Source: Octopus bimaculoides (taxonomy: Eukaryota). Taken from it: DNA of 64,000 nt. A program made the position numbers and the translations under genes. Below are positions 1-11,470 of this stretch, piece after piece. Location: positions 53,507,671 to 53,571,670 of the forward strand of contig NC_068986.1 of the NCBI RefSeq assembly GCF_001194135.2, given 5' to 3'. Below the pieces are notes generated by a model. That model had not been told where the DNA came from. It saw only the letters and a program-made list of their open reading frames with translations, and searched no databases. Every line of letters begins with the position of its first letter. The first letter of the stretch is position 1.

Positions 1-3000
1 TTCCATACTCAACTACTGTGAAAACAAATACAAGTTTTATTGGTTCAAAATTTTTAGGACAAATCTTATATATAGCTTAAAAGGGTATAAAGTATATCGT
101 TGCTATTATGTTAAACTGTCATATGTCCAAATACTTTTTTTTTTCATTATTATTTTTTTATTTTTTATTTTTTGCTTGCAGTAGCTGGTTCTTTTGGTCA
201 AGCTATCGCATTTCCAGCTGCCAAGATAACAAAAATTGTCAAAGTGTAGTACAACAGTTTTGCTATGGAATGGTGAAACTATTTTTTTGTTTTCTGAAAA
301 AGCAGCATTTTGGACTTGCAACACTTTTGCATAATAGCACCAATATGCAATTGGAGTGATGTGAAATAAAAGAGTTATTTCTTTAAAACTTAAAAAAAAA
401 GAAAAAGAAAATGTACTTACAATATTTTACTAATATATCAGTGTATCAGAGAAACTTCAGAGATTTGCATTTAACATAAGTGCCTTTGAGAAATTTCTCA
501 GAGAAAATACTACAGCTAGTGCCATTCTATGTTTGTATACACATTACATACCAGCATTTTAATTTAATGCTGTTTCAAGTGTGCATGTTGATTCAATTCT
601 AGCCTGTCTAGGTTTTGCAAAAATCTGCAAATGTTTTGTTTCCTGATCACTATACTAAATTATAGTACAGCTTGTCTCAGAACACCTGGGGGTATTTGTC
701 AAATTAGACCAAAACACCATGTTTAGCAGTCCAGTATTCTGCTCAAAGCCTTGTGGGTTTAACACAAAAGCCTCTGAAAAGATTGAAACAAATATTACAA
801 CTAGTGCAGATCTATATTTGTATATACACACTGTTATATACACAGGTATTTTAATCTAAAGCTATTTCACGTGTGTATAAATATTTAACTCATGTTCTCC
901 AAAACAAAAAAAATTCAGAAACTAGAATATAGCTGAAGTGTTGACAAAACTTAATTTGTAGATACTTAAAATTATTACTTAGAATAATTGTGAGAAATAT
1001 CAAAAGAAAAAAAGAAAAAACTTATCCCTCAAAAAACTCAATATGACAAAATAAAGACGTCTTAGGACAATTTTGAAAGCTTATAATTAGCTGGGTTCAT
1101 TCAGTGAAAAGAATATATATATAATGTTAAATCTCTGATAAATCTAATTAGAGACTAATTAAAAAATGAGAAAAAATGTGCAATTAGTGATTGATTCAGT
1201 GAGAGAGTGCTTGCAATTAAAATATTTTTAACTCCATTTAAATCATATCATTCAAGACTACAATTTTATAGTTTATGTAATAGTACAATATAGCGGTTAT
1301 AATTGTTTAAAACATCTGAGTTTACTGGTATTTAATTACTGACATTTCTGAGACTGAAACATTAACTGTGCTGGAAATGTATTTTAAATGATTTTTTTTT
1401 TATTTATCCTAAGGAGCTATCAGTGTAGTGTAAAACCATATAATCAGTATAATTGAGGGGACGTGAAAATAATCATTTCTAATTTAGGCACAAAGTCAGC
1501 AATTTTGAGTAAGGAAGGACTAGTTGATTAAACTGACCCCAGTACTTAATTGGTACTTCATTGACCCTGAAAGGATGAAAGCATGGTTGACCTCATCAGG
1601 GTTTGAATTTAATGTGTAAGAACTGGAGCACACACTGCAAAGCATTTCCCCTGCAGCATTCTAATGCCTACCATTTTGTCACCCTTTTGATATGGAAACA
1701 AACATTGCAGTTCATGTATAATTTAATTCCAATTCCAAACTATTTTACCTCCTCAAAATTGCAATACAAAAAGAAAGAAAGAACAAACAACAAAATTCAA
1801 GTGATGGAGAGGGATAAACAATCTCAATTTATAAAGGTGGAAGGAGAAAGAAAAAAAAACAACTGTCTTCAAAACCAATAGTCTAACCAGTGGTGAAAAT
1901 TTTTTTTATACATAAACTTGAATATATTCTGGTTTTTAAATGTAAGTATAAAGAACAATAACAAAAAAAGTAATCAGAAACAAAAAGAAATTTGAAGCAA
2001 TCATGCTAAACAATTCAGTTTAAAAAAAAACCCAAAAAAACTCGCAACCCTCTAAAGCCATGTTCAAGAAACAACCAACATCCAAAATTTTAAGACCATG
2101 CCAAAGCCAAGATCTCCAAACATTTGGAATATTCCTTAATTGAATGCAAAAGTCAGTGAATTTTTTTTACTATAAATCTTTATAAAAAAAAAAAATCACT
2201 AATTGCTTCTAGTGTAATATACAAGATCTAATGAGTGAAAAAAAAAAAAGTTCCTAATAATATAATTATTCAGTAACTAATTATTATAGACAACAATCAA
2301 CTAAATAGCCAACTTCACATTATGAAGTCATAATTTTTGTATTGTATATTTCAAAGTTGATCTCAAAGAATATTTTAAAATATAAAATAAAAATGATTAC
2401 TTAAATGCTCCATAGAAGTATGAGCAACACTTCTATATTAATCAGAAAGAAAACTTGTTTGATGCCAAATCAGAGAGGGGCCCAATTAATTCAAATGTTA
2501 TTAAGCAACTAAAGCTATGCCAGCAATCATAAAATTCTTGATGTTTAAAGGAGGTGTGTGTAACTGAAGAGGAACATGTAAAACAAGCAATAAAGTCAAT
2601 CTTATAAGCTTCTGCAGAACAAGTTTCATGCCAATATTCTACTCAAAATGCTATAGAAAATGCAGCCGAATAATTAAAGCTATTTATTTTACTCAAAGTA
2701 TTTTTTAGAATTTTTCTGCACAAGTGAGAAGCCTGGCTAAGGGAATTTTTGAAATAAAAATTTAAATATGGTTAACTTCTCTAAACAATTATAGGAGCTA
2801 GTGGCTTACCACTTATTTGTATAACAAATAAAAATATTACATCTTTCTGAAAATGATTTTGTAAAAATTCTTCTGTATTTTGTACCAACTGAAACTAAAA
2901 CAAAATGAAAAGAATCTGCATGCATGTAACAACACATTCATAGTGGTAATATGCAGAAGCTACACTATATCACCTCCCATTGCTACACAAGAACAAGCTA

Positions 3001-4575
3001 TAGTTGAAAGGTTTCTCATAGGACAGAGATACCTCCAGATCACTAATAAATGTAGGTCAAGTAAAACTGATGTGGCTAATGCGACATCAGCAACAGCCTC
3101 CAAAAATATCAACTTTATGAAGTATAACATTAAAGCAAGAACCATCAACAGTACTATTAGTTGGAATACACAAGTATTATCTTACAAGAAATACAGCAAG
3201 CTGGAATACTTCTACACTTCTGATAAAGAATATTAATATACAAGTTCAGCTAAAACTTTCAGCAACTGCAGGCTTAACAAGCCTGTTATTGTTTTTCTGA
3301 CAGATACCCCCACTCCACAATCAAAAAATACTGAGGAGAGGTCAAAGCCATCTACAAAAACAATAGCTTTAATATGTTTGAGCTATATATGCAAAACTCC
3401 TACTTGTTATTGGATTTAAATTTACACTAAAGCCATTAATGTGCTTAAATAAACATTTCTTTATGCAATACTCTTGGAAAGCAAGAAAGTTCTCAAAGAC
3501 ATAACTAAATTCTAGTGCAAGCTAATGATACTGTTAAAGTATGCAAAATCTTTATACCAGTTCAAAAGTTAATGCTAAAGCATTAACAAAATAAGCTTTC
3601 CACTTATAAAGAGCAATTTAGAGAAAAAAAAAACGTGCACATGTATACACATGCTGGTACATGTTAAATATGCATGCACACATTTGAATTAGCTTCTTCA
3701 CATACTAAACCGAAAAACATTGTAGTAAGTTCAACCTTTTCAAAAATTAAGTTTAAAAGTGTGAAGAGATTCATCTAATTTGAGCAGTCATACTAATTTT
3801 ATTTCAAGACAAAATTTAGATCTATTAACTAAAACAAATCGAGTTAATCTTAAGGTAAGTATTAAGTTATTGTTTAGAAATAAAGAATAAAAGCATTTTT
3901 CTTTAGACTAATTAAAAATATATAAAATTTACATTATGCATCAAAAAAGCTCTCTATTAAGGAATAAAATAATATAATTAGACAAAGACCATACATATAA
4001 GTTATCTATATACTCTCTCCTTGTCTATCATACACATATGAGAAATTATTTTTATAACAAAGTAGTAAAGTATGATGGAAGAGATGGAAAACTACAAAGG
4101 AAATCTTAAGGCCAAATCAGAATATATTCAAATATATATAAAAAGTATTTGTTTTCCTTTTTTCAATATAATATATTTATTTAGTTAAAAAATAATTCAT
4201 GGAAATTACATACATAAAAAAAAAGATCAATTACAGTTATAGGCTGTAATTATGCACACTGGTTAAACTAAACTTTTAGCTTGATGACATGAAGGATAAT
4301 ACCATTTGGATAATAAATAGGTTTGATAGAAAGTATAGACAAAAAGGGGTGAAAAGAAAATCCTACATAATATAAACATTTTATAGCTATCACAAATAAA
4401 AAAAAAAAAAAAATTTAAAGGAGAATTTTTTTAAAAACAGTTTGATGGCACTGAAGAACTTGCAAAGAATTATTCATTCTCTATACCAAGATTTCCTCCA
4501 CATTATAAAGAATGCTTTCTTGCAGAAGTCTAAGATTTTAACCAGTTGGTAATTTAACAACTAAAAATGTGATCA

Positions 4576-4611
<36 letters not shown>

Positions 4612-5083
4612 CATATATACACATACGCACATATTCAAACTGAATACCCTAAGTCAACAGCAAAATTTAGTTCAGTTATTGGACATTATACACTTCACAT
4701 TTTATCTTGAAATATGGACATATTTTCACATAATATTTAACAAAAATTCATTAATATTGTAAAATTCAACTAAATAATCTAAAGCTCGAATTTACAATTC
4801 ATAAATGCTCTTTTGTAAATATAAATATGAAAATTTGTATTTAAAAATTGCTTGATTAATGCATTTAGGAAATGATTAAAAGTAAATCAGGTTTAAAAGA
4901 AAAAAGTTAATTGATACTGGAGAAAGCATTCTCATAATTCTTTTGGGAGCATTCCAACTTTGAACAGAACATAAGCCATTATTAATAGAAAGAGTTGTTC
5001 AAAGAAAGTAATTTTACCCAACCAAGAAGGAGAGCAGAAGAGAAAGCATCATTGGAAAACCAGACTAATGAAAAGTAACAAAC

Positions 5084-5101
5084 CTGCTTCACCATTTTGT
5101 C
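5084..5101 (-). CDS. CLTC: Candidate 18-nt microexon of clathrin heavy chain (GQNGEA)
   Basis: Minus strand reads catcttcttacttacAG | GACAAAATGGTGAAGCAG | GTttgt: canonical AG/GT, pyrimidine-rich acceptor, length 18. Phase 1 to phase 1 matches the exon 2 donor and gives G|GA CAA AAT GGT GAA GCA G| with no stop. No transcript evidence was available. Confidence 0.6.
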
Positions 5102-5899
5102 CTGTAAGTAAGAAGATGTCACATGTTTCATAAATGAAGAACTAACTTCAAAACTCTATGAAATCACTTTGTTGGTTTGAACCAAACATTATGTATGAGA
5201 GAATTAAAAAAAAAACACTAAAAGCAATAATGAAAAAAGTGCAAGAAGCTTAGGGCTTAAAAATTTAAATTATATCGCCTCATAAAGTGGACAAAAAAAG
5301 ACTGAAATAAAAAGTATAAGCATTTTCCTTTGTCAGTGTTCAATAGGTGTTCACTATGAAAAAAATAAAATCAGGCACCTAAACAATGATGAATAAATGA
5401 AGAAATGATATTAATATTCATGTTGATAAGATGTCTGGTCATAATTCACAGAACACTAATTTTTAGACTACAATATAAATAAATTTAATAAATCAAAAGA
5501 GAAAATGCTGTAACTTTGGACTATCTAAAAACTGTTGAGAACAGAATTTTTAAGCTTTAACAGTGACTGTTGGAAACAGAATACACTATTCCTAAAAAGA
5601 GAAATTGCAGAATTAAAAAAAAAGATTAACCGTTTCACTGCCATTTTTCTATGTTTACATGGTTTTCTTTTACTTGCCAGTTGGAAGAATTCGTTTCAAC
5701 ACCAGATGACATTACTGCTAACCCCTTGCCTTTAAAGTAGATAAAGGCTTGTGCTAAGATTTGTACTTAAGGACCATGTAGTTAATAGTCTAGTAGCTTA
5801 AATGTAAACTCCTTTTCTTCTTGCTTTCTTTTCTTTGTTGTAAATTTTAATGACTTATAAACTTACAGTATCACATTTAATAAGAACATTTAATATGGC

Positions 5900-6160
5900 C
5901 AGCCCATTATAGCTTTGTGTGGTGGTATTCTGCGACAATGTCCTTCACTCCACACAAAGCTACGATGGGCCAGTCATGTTGCAAAGTTCACAATTGTTGG
6001 ACATGTGCTGTTGTCAAATGGTACCTGCACAAACAGAAGAGACCACTCAGAAGACCTTCAATCAGGTAGGAAGAATTATTTAAGAAAAATGTTTGGAACA
6101 ACATGGAGGAGAATCTCAAGAGGATGAGGGGAATAATGCAAATGCTGTGCCCAGTGGACT
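5900..6160 (+). mobile_element. RTE-clade LINE, decayed 3' ORF fragment
   Basis: Translation includes KLRWASHVAKFT...FGTTWRRI, resembling the RTE C-terminal (R/K)WAGHVAR...W motif. Frameshifted. Confidence 0.55.
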
Positions 6161-6646
6161 CAGCACCAGACAGCCTGGTTGATCCAGGTGATTTAACATG
6201 AAGCTTTAGGTTGGTTTTGTAACATTACATATTAAATCAGTTAAGAAAATTAAGGAAAACCAATTACTATATAAAATATAGTAAACTTGTAATATCATTT
6301 AAATTTATAAAAGCAACATCCAATTTCAAGCTTACAAAATCAGTTATTAAAAGACTTTTGTAATGACAGTTCTCAATGCAGCAAACTTCAATATTTTATG
6401 AAGAATAAAAAGATAAATAGTACTTATACTATAGACATTTTCATTCTTCATAAAATATTTAGTCTGTACCTACTGCACAGCCACCCCAATTCTTGAAATT
6501 AATGTAAAAATATGTAACAGCTCTATACTATCATCAGCAAATGTGACACCAGCACTCCTGAGGTCAACACATAATTTGCAAGGCTAAGTTGCCGTTCAAT
6601 CACAGTTGGAAAGCAAACTTCTTAACCACATAGCTATGCCTATATA

Positions 6647-7501
6647 CGAGAACTGATCAATAAGTATCTGGACTATTGCCATAGCAATGAAGCTAAAGCA
6701 TACAGAGTAAAGCCGCTTGGCACAGATTGACCTTGAACTCTTCTGTACATGCGCACTAAGTTTTAACATTCTAGCTCACTTCTGCTGTTTGCAGTAATGT
6801 GTGTTGCATGTGATAATCGCATTGATCATTACAAAGAAAGTTGTCATGATGATATCTGCTCAGAGGCTGACGGAAAGTTGCAGAAAGTGTATGGAGAGGA
6901 GTGTATGAGCCGCACACAAGTGTACGTGCCGTTCAGACATTTCCACAATGGCCAAAAAAATGTAGTTTGTGATGAATGTTCTGGGAGACCTGCAACCAGC
7001 AGAACTGAGAAAAACATCACAGATGTGCATACAGCTGTGAGGGGAAATAGTTGAATCACTATCTGTGAGTTATCAGAGGAAGTGCAGATTATTTATGGTT
7101 CAGTTCAGTCCATTATTGCTGAAATTGGGTAGGAGGTGTGTGTCTGCCAAGTTTGTGCCAAAACTGCTTTTAGCTGACCAAAAAGACACTCGGTTTTCAG
7201 TTGCACAAGATCTTGATTGTGTCGAGAAGGATGAAAACATCTGAGCAGGTATCATCAAGCTTTTGGCAAAATTTGATGCAAATTCTCTGCTCAACTTTCT
7301 CTGTCATGGACAATGCGACGATCACACACTACTCACCTTCCTCCCAAGCACTGCTGTAAACAGTAGAAGTGAGTGAGAATGTTAAAACTTAGTGCACATG
7401 CACAGCAGAGTTCAAGGTCAATCTGTGCCAAGTGGCTTCACCCTGCATGCTTTAGCTGTGTTACTATGGGAACAATCTGGATAATTATTGATCAGACCAC
7501 G
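6647..7501 (+). mobile_element. Mariner (Tc1/mariner) internally deleted element
   Basis: TA at 6645-6646 and 7502-7503. Inverted repeats of ~150 bp start cgagaactgatcaataagtatctggac / cgtggtctgatcaataattatccagat. Internal transposase N-terminus (KLQKVYGEECMSRTQVY...SGRPATSRTEKNI..., then AKFVPKLL, a WVPHEL-like linker). DDD domain deleted. Confidence 0.9.
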
Positions 7502-7951
7502 TACATTATTTAAAGCAGTCTAAAATCCAGAGTTCTATTTCACTGTATGACAATCGAGTTAAATGTTTTCCACTGTAGCTTTGGATTTACCATTGCTTTG
7601 CAAGTAAAGTTTGGTAGAGGGAAACTGTGCAGGAAGTCTATCAAATGAAATAAATAAAAACCATTTTGAATTAAAACGATAGCTGAGAAACTTATTCTAT
7701 CAATTGAGTATAATTAACTGGAAAACCTCTTGAAAGCAGTGCTTCAGGATGGCAACAGTCCAATGACTAGAACTTGTAAAGTGTAGTTATACAAAAAGAG
7801 GGAGCAAGTGATTTAAAAAAGAAAAAAAAAAAGCTGACTAAATTAAAAATGCAAACGTTGCGTTATGGAATATCATGGTATAAAATATTTCTTTAGGGAT
7901 AAATAGAAAGTAGAGATGACAAATTCAATAGAATGAGTAGAGAGAGCAACA

Positions 7952-7988
<37 letters not shown>

Positions 7989-8000
7989 GTGTGTGTGTGT

Positions 8001-8609
8001 NNNNNNNNNNNNNNNNNNNNNNNNNNNNNNNNNNNNNNNNNNNNNNNNNNNNNNNNNNNNNNNNNNNNNNNNNNNNNNNNNNNNNNNNNNNNNNNNNNNN
8101 NNNNNNNNNNNNNNNNNNNNNNNNNNNNNNNNNNNNNNNNNNNNNNNNNNNNNNNNNNNNNNNNNNNNNNNNNNNNNNNNNNNNNNNNNNNNNNNNNNNN
8201 NNNNNNNNNNNNNNNNNNNNNNNNNNNNNNNNNNNNNNNNNNNNNNNNNNNNNNNNNNNNNNNNNNNNNNNNNNNNNNNNNNNNNNNNNNNNNNNNNNNN
8301 NNNNNNNNNNNNNNNNNNNNNNNNNNNNNNNNNNNNNNNNNNNNNNNNNNNNNNNNNNNNNNNNNNNNNNNNNNNNNNNNNNNNNNNNNNNNNNNNNNNN
8401 NNNNNNNNNNNNNNNNNNNNNNNNNNNNNNNNNNNNNNNNNNNNNNNNNNNNNNNNNNNNNNNNNNNNNNNNNNNNNNNNNNNNNNNNNNNNNNNNNNNN
8501 NNNNNNNNNNNNNNNNNNNNNNNNNNNNNNNNNNNNNNNNNNNNNNNNNNNNNNNNNNNNNNNNNNNNNNNNNNNNNNNNNNNNNNNNNNNNNNNNNNNN
8601 NNNNNNNNN
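8001..8609. other. Assembly gap
   Basis: N-run. Others at 11616-12364, 20938-21568, 29341-29350, 45523-45565, 47559-47568, 52876-53407, 55023-55152. Most abut simple repeats. Confidence 1.
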
Positions 8610-9375
8610 GCGATGCGTCCTGCCCAGCTCTTCGAAACGCCGGTGTTAAAACGGGGGTAGCTGATGAAGAAGAATGTTCTCTATGTGGCTTGTGTGTTTT
8701 CTCGTCTACGTTTTGTTTGCAATGTCCTGTACCCAGATATGCACCTATACATACAGGTGGATGTCGGTATGCACATACCTGTACGTATATATGCATATAC
8801 TCATTTACTATTTGTTTTTATATATATATATATATATACACACATACATATGGTTAAAGCATACAAATCTCAGCCCAATTCACTGAATTAGCAATAGGCA
8901 GCATAATTCACTATTGCATGCAGCAGTTAGTTTGTACTGGCGAGTTCTATTTCAATTGTGTGGAAATCACAAGTGGTAGACTGCTACTATTCTATCTAGA
9001 GGGGATAGGAAGAAAGATTTATTTCACAATAATGCAATAGAAACCATAGAAAAGCACTAGCAATTTGGAATGCCAAAGTTCATGAAGGGAAAAGTAGATG
9101 AAGGTGGGAGAAAGTTACCTATCCTTTCTTCTAAAAAAAAAAGTTAATGAAATTTTGTTGAAGTGTTTCTTTTTTTTAAAATAAAAATTGTCGCTAAGAT
9201 CATGATTTACATCATTTCTCTGTATTAGTTATTTATAGTCTGTGACATCATTGAGGCCTATTTTGTGTTTTACTCAGCTTTTACTGCTAGCTTAAAGCCA
9301 TTATATTGTTGAATGAAGCTTTTTGAGATCCTTCTTTTGCACCATTATTTTTCTCTCCCCTCCAGATCAAAAGTT

Positions 9376-9972
9376 ATGGAAAGAAATGAAGAAAAGCACT
9401 AAGTTGAAGATCTTGTTTTGGATCCAAGAAGAAACAAACGACAAGGAAATGTTTCTTACACTCCCAAGAAGAAGCATAAGATTGTGGATGATCAATTTCT
9501 GGAGTTTTTGGAGTTTCGTGAAAACAAATTGACCTTGGAGCCTTACCAATGAGAAGCTGGGTATTCTCTCTGTACAAGCCAAATTTCGTCATGAACATTT
9601 TGTGCTGCACAGTAATAAGAGATTTTGGCAAATGATGAAGAATGCAGATGCCATGAACCGTACTGTGAATGTCATGAGGTCATCTTTTCTCCACTGCATC
9701 ATTCTGATTTGAAGCTGACTGAGCTCATATGGGCCACTGTCAAGGGATAAGTGGGAAGACAGTACACCACAAACACCACTTTCGAGCAAGTGCTGGCACA
9801 ACTGTATACATCATTTCAGAATCTGGAGAACAAAGCAGTCCAAGGATGCATTAAGAAAGTTAATTCTCATCTTAATAAGCTTTATGAGCATATTAGAGCC
9901 ATTGAAGATTAAGTCAGTGATGGTGAAAGTGATACTTCAGGCAGTAGTGATGAAGATAACCTCAATAAATGA
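9376..9972 (+). mobile_element. IS630-Tc1-mariner-type transposase relic (pseudogenised)
   Basis: 9673-9972 translates HEVIFSPLHHSDLKLTELIWATVKG*VGRQYTTNTTFEQVLAQL...acidic tail, matching the ITm motif xxPPxxxDLNPIExxWxxhK around the catalytic E. Stops are present and no TIRs were confidently found. Confidence 0.7.
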
Positions 9973-10613
9973 TAAAATACACTACTAATGATTCTGGTTT
10001 CTTTTTCTTTTCCCTCAAAATCAAAAAAAAACATTCATAACTTTTGAACCAGAATTGCAAAACTACTGAACTATAGTTTATTCTACTCATCAAAGCTATA
10101 TTTATCTCAATAACATCAAAGCATTGTGTTACAAAAACAGCTTCAATGGTGTCGCAGACTGTTAAAAAAATTTTTTTTTTTAATTTTCATTTAACAAGGA
10201 AACTTCATAAAACATTTTAATGTAAAAATATTAATTTGTTGGATTAAACATATTGAAGCATTTTACATTTACTGTGGAAAATGTTTTTGAATCATCATTA
10301 ATAATCATTGATCTAGCAGTCATAGAATTATCTTGAACGTGAGAAGGGGCTGAGCTCCTTTCGAGTTTTGGATGGTTTGATTGGGCTGGCACACTGGAAG
10401 GCTGTGCCAAGATCCAGTTTGATTTGGCATGGTTATCTACAGCTGCATGCCCTTCCTAATGCCAACCACTCTGAGAGTGTAATGGGTGCTTTTACGTGCC
10501 ACAACTGCTCGGCTTGATAGATCGTCTTCTCAAGCACAACATAATGCCAAAGGTCTTGGTTATTGTGCATTATTTACATTCAATGGATGTTTGTCCTCAT
10601 CTTGTTTGTTGTT

Positions 10614-10659
10614 AACACAATGTTTTGGCTGATATACCCTCCAGCCTTCCACATGTGTC
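10614..10659 (-). ncRNA. Degenerate minimal type-I hammerhead ribozyme (left arm)
   Basis: Minus strand GACAC-ATGTGGA-A-GGCTG-loop-CAGCC-AAAACA-TT-GTGTT. Stem I (GACAC/GTGTT) and stem II (GGCTG/CAGCC) are intact, the catalytic core is mutated. Confidence 0.45.
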
Positions 10660-10930
10660 TTGGGGAAATTTCGAACCTGGGTTCTCACTCCTAAGGTATT
10701 TTTCGATATTATTATTGTTCAGGTCACTGCTTGGAATTGAACTTGGAATCTTGGGGTTAGTAGCCCGCGCTCTAACCATTATGCCATTATACCTGTGGGC
10801 ATAGTGGTTAAGAGCACAGGCTATTAACCCCAAGATTCCGAGTTCGATTCCAAGCAGTGACCTGAACAATAATAATGATAACATCGAAAAATACCTTAGG
10901 AATGAGAACCCAGGTTCAAAATTTCCCCAA

Positions 10931-10971
10931 GACACCTGAAGTAGGATGGAGGGTATATCAGCCAAAACATT
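10931..10971 (+). ncRNA. Degenerate minimal type-I hammerhead ribozyme (right arm)
   Basis: GACAC-CTGAAGT-A-GGATG-loop-CAGCC-AAAACA-TT versus the core CUGANGA..stem II..GAAAC GUH. Carries core substitutions and has lost the stem I 3' strand. Confidence 0.45.
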
Positions 10972-11184
10972 AACAACAAACAAGATGAGGACAAATATCT
11001 GTTCAATGTAAATAATGCACATAATTCCTCATGTCTTAAATATAGAACTGTCTTGGTCACTGTTATAGAACTTGGGTCCTTATTGGTTTAAGTATTTAGA
11101 TATATTAAATACCATGTGTTCAGTTTGCATTTGAAATTCAAGCTGAAAATTCTGTTTACTTCCAAATCTTGGGCTTCATGGAAG

Positions 11185-11470
11185 CAATGACCAAGACCTT
11201 TGGCATTATGCCGTGTTTGAGAAGAAGACCCATCAAGCCAAGCAAAATCGCAGTTGTGGCAGATACCAATATACCAGTGTCACACAAATGAGACCCATGC
11301 CAGTGGCACGTAAAAGCACCCATTATACTCTCGGAGTGGTTGGCATTTGGAAGGGCATCCAGCTAGAGAACAATGCCAAATCAGACTGGATCCTGGCGCA
11401 GCCTTCCAGTGTGCCAACGCAGTCAAACCATCCAGCCCATGCCAGCATGGGCAATGGACGTAAAATGATG
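11185..11470 (+). mobile_element. Short repeat homologous to the 3' UTR of the RTE LINE (5'-truncated LINE or LINE-tailed SINE)
   Basis: Shares gaagggcatccagct...cccatgccagcatgg...gatgatg with 59960-60380. Confidence 0.75.

Larger units (their letters stand above)
10561..11049. mobile_element. Palindromic head-to-head tRNA-headed, hammerhead-bearing retroelement (Penelope/retrozyme-like)
   Basis: Imperfect inverted arms of ~230 bp (10562-~10790 vs ~10798-11023). gtcttggt direct repeat at 10553-10560 and 11050-11057 (TSD). Each arm has an A-box-like GGCATAGTGGTTAAG and a B-box GTTCGATTC. Confidence 0.8.

Noticed and set aside
690-773. Strong-looking minus-strand acceptor (ttcaatcttttcAG|aggc) as possible clathrin exon 3
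   Set aside because: Translation in the required phase does not match AGKTLQIFNIE and the donor is weak.
1745-1760. Possible 3-nt microexon (ttttgAG|GAG|GTaaaa) after a pyrimidine tract with TGC
   Set aside because: The GAG acceptor is disfavoured and such patterns are common by chance.
2880-3236. 118-aa plus-strand ORF and overlapping minus ORF
   Set aside because: No recognisable domain or splice context; antisense to clathrin; likely chance or an unrecognisable TE remnant.
10725-10865. tRNA-like sequences as true tRNA genes
   Set aside because: The acceptor and anticodon stems do not pair properly and they are embedded in a TSD-flanked element. They are SINE-type heads.
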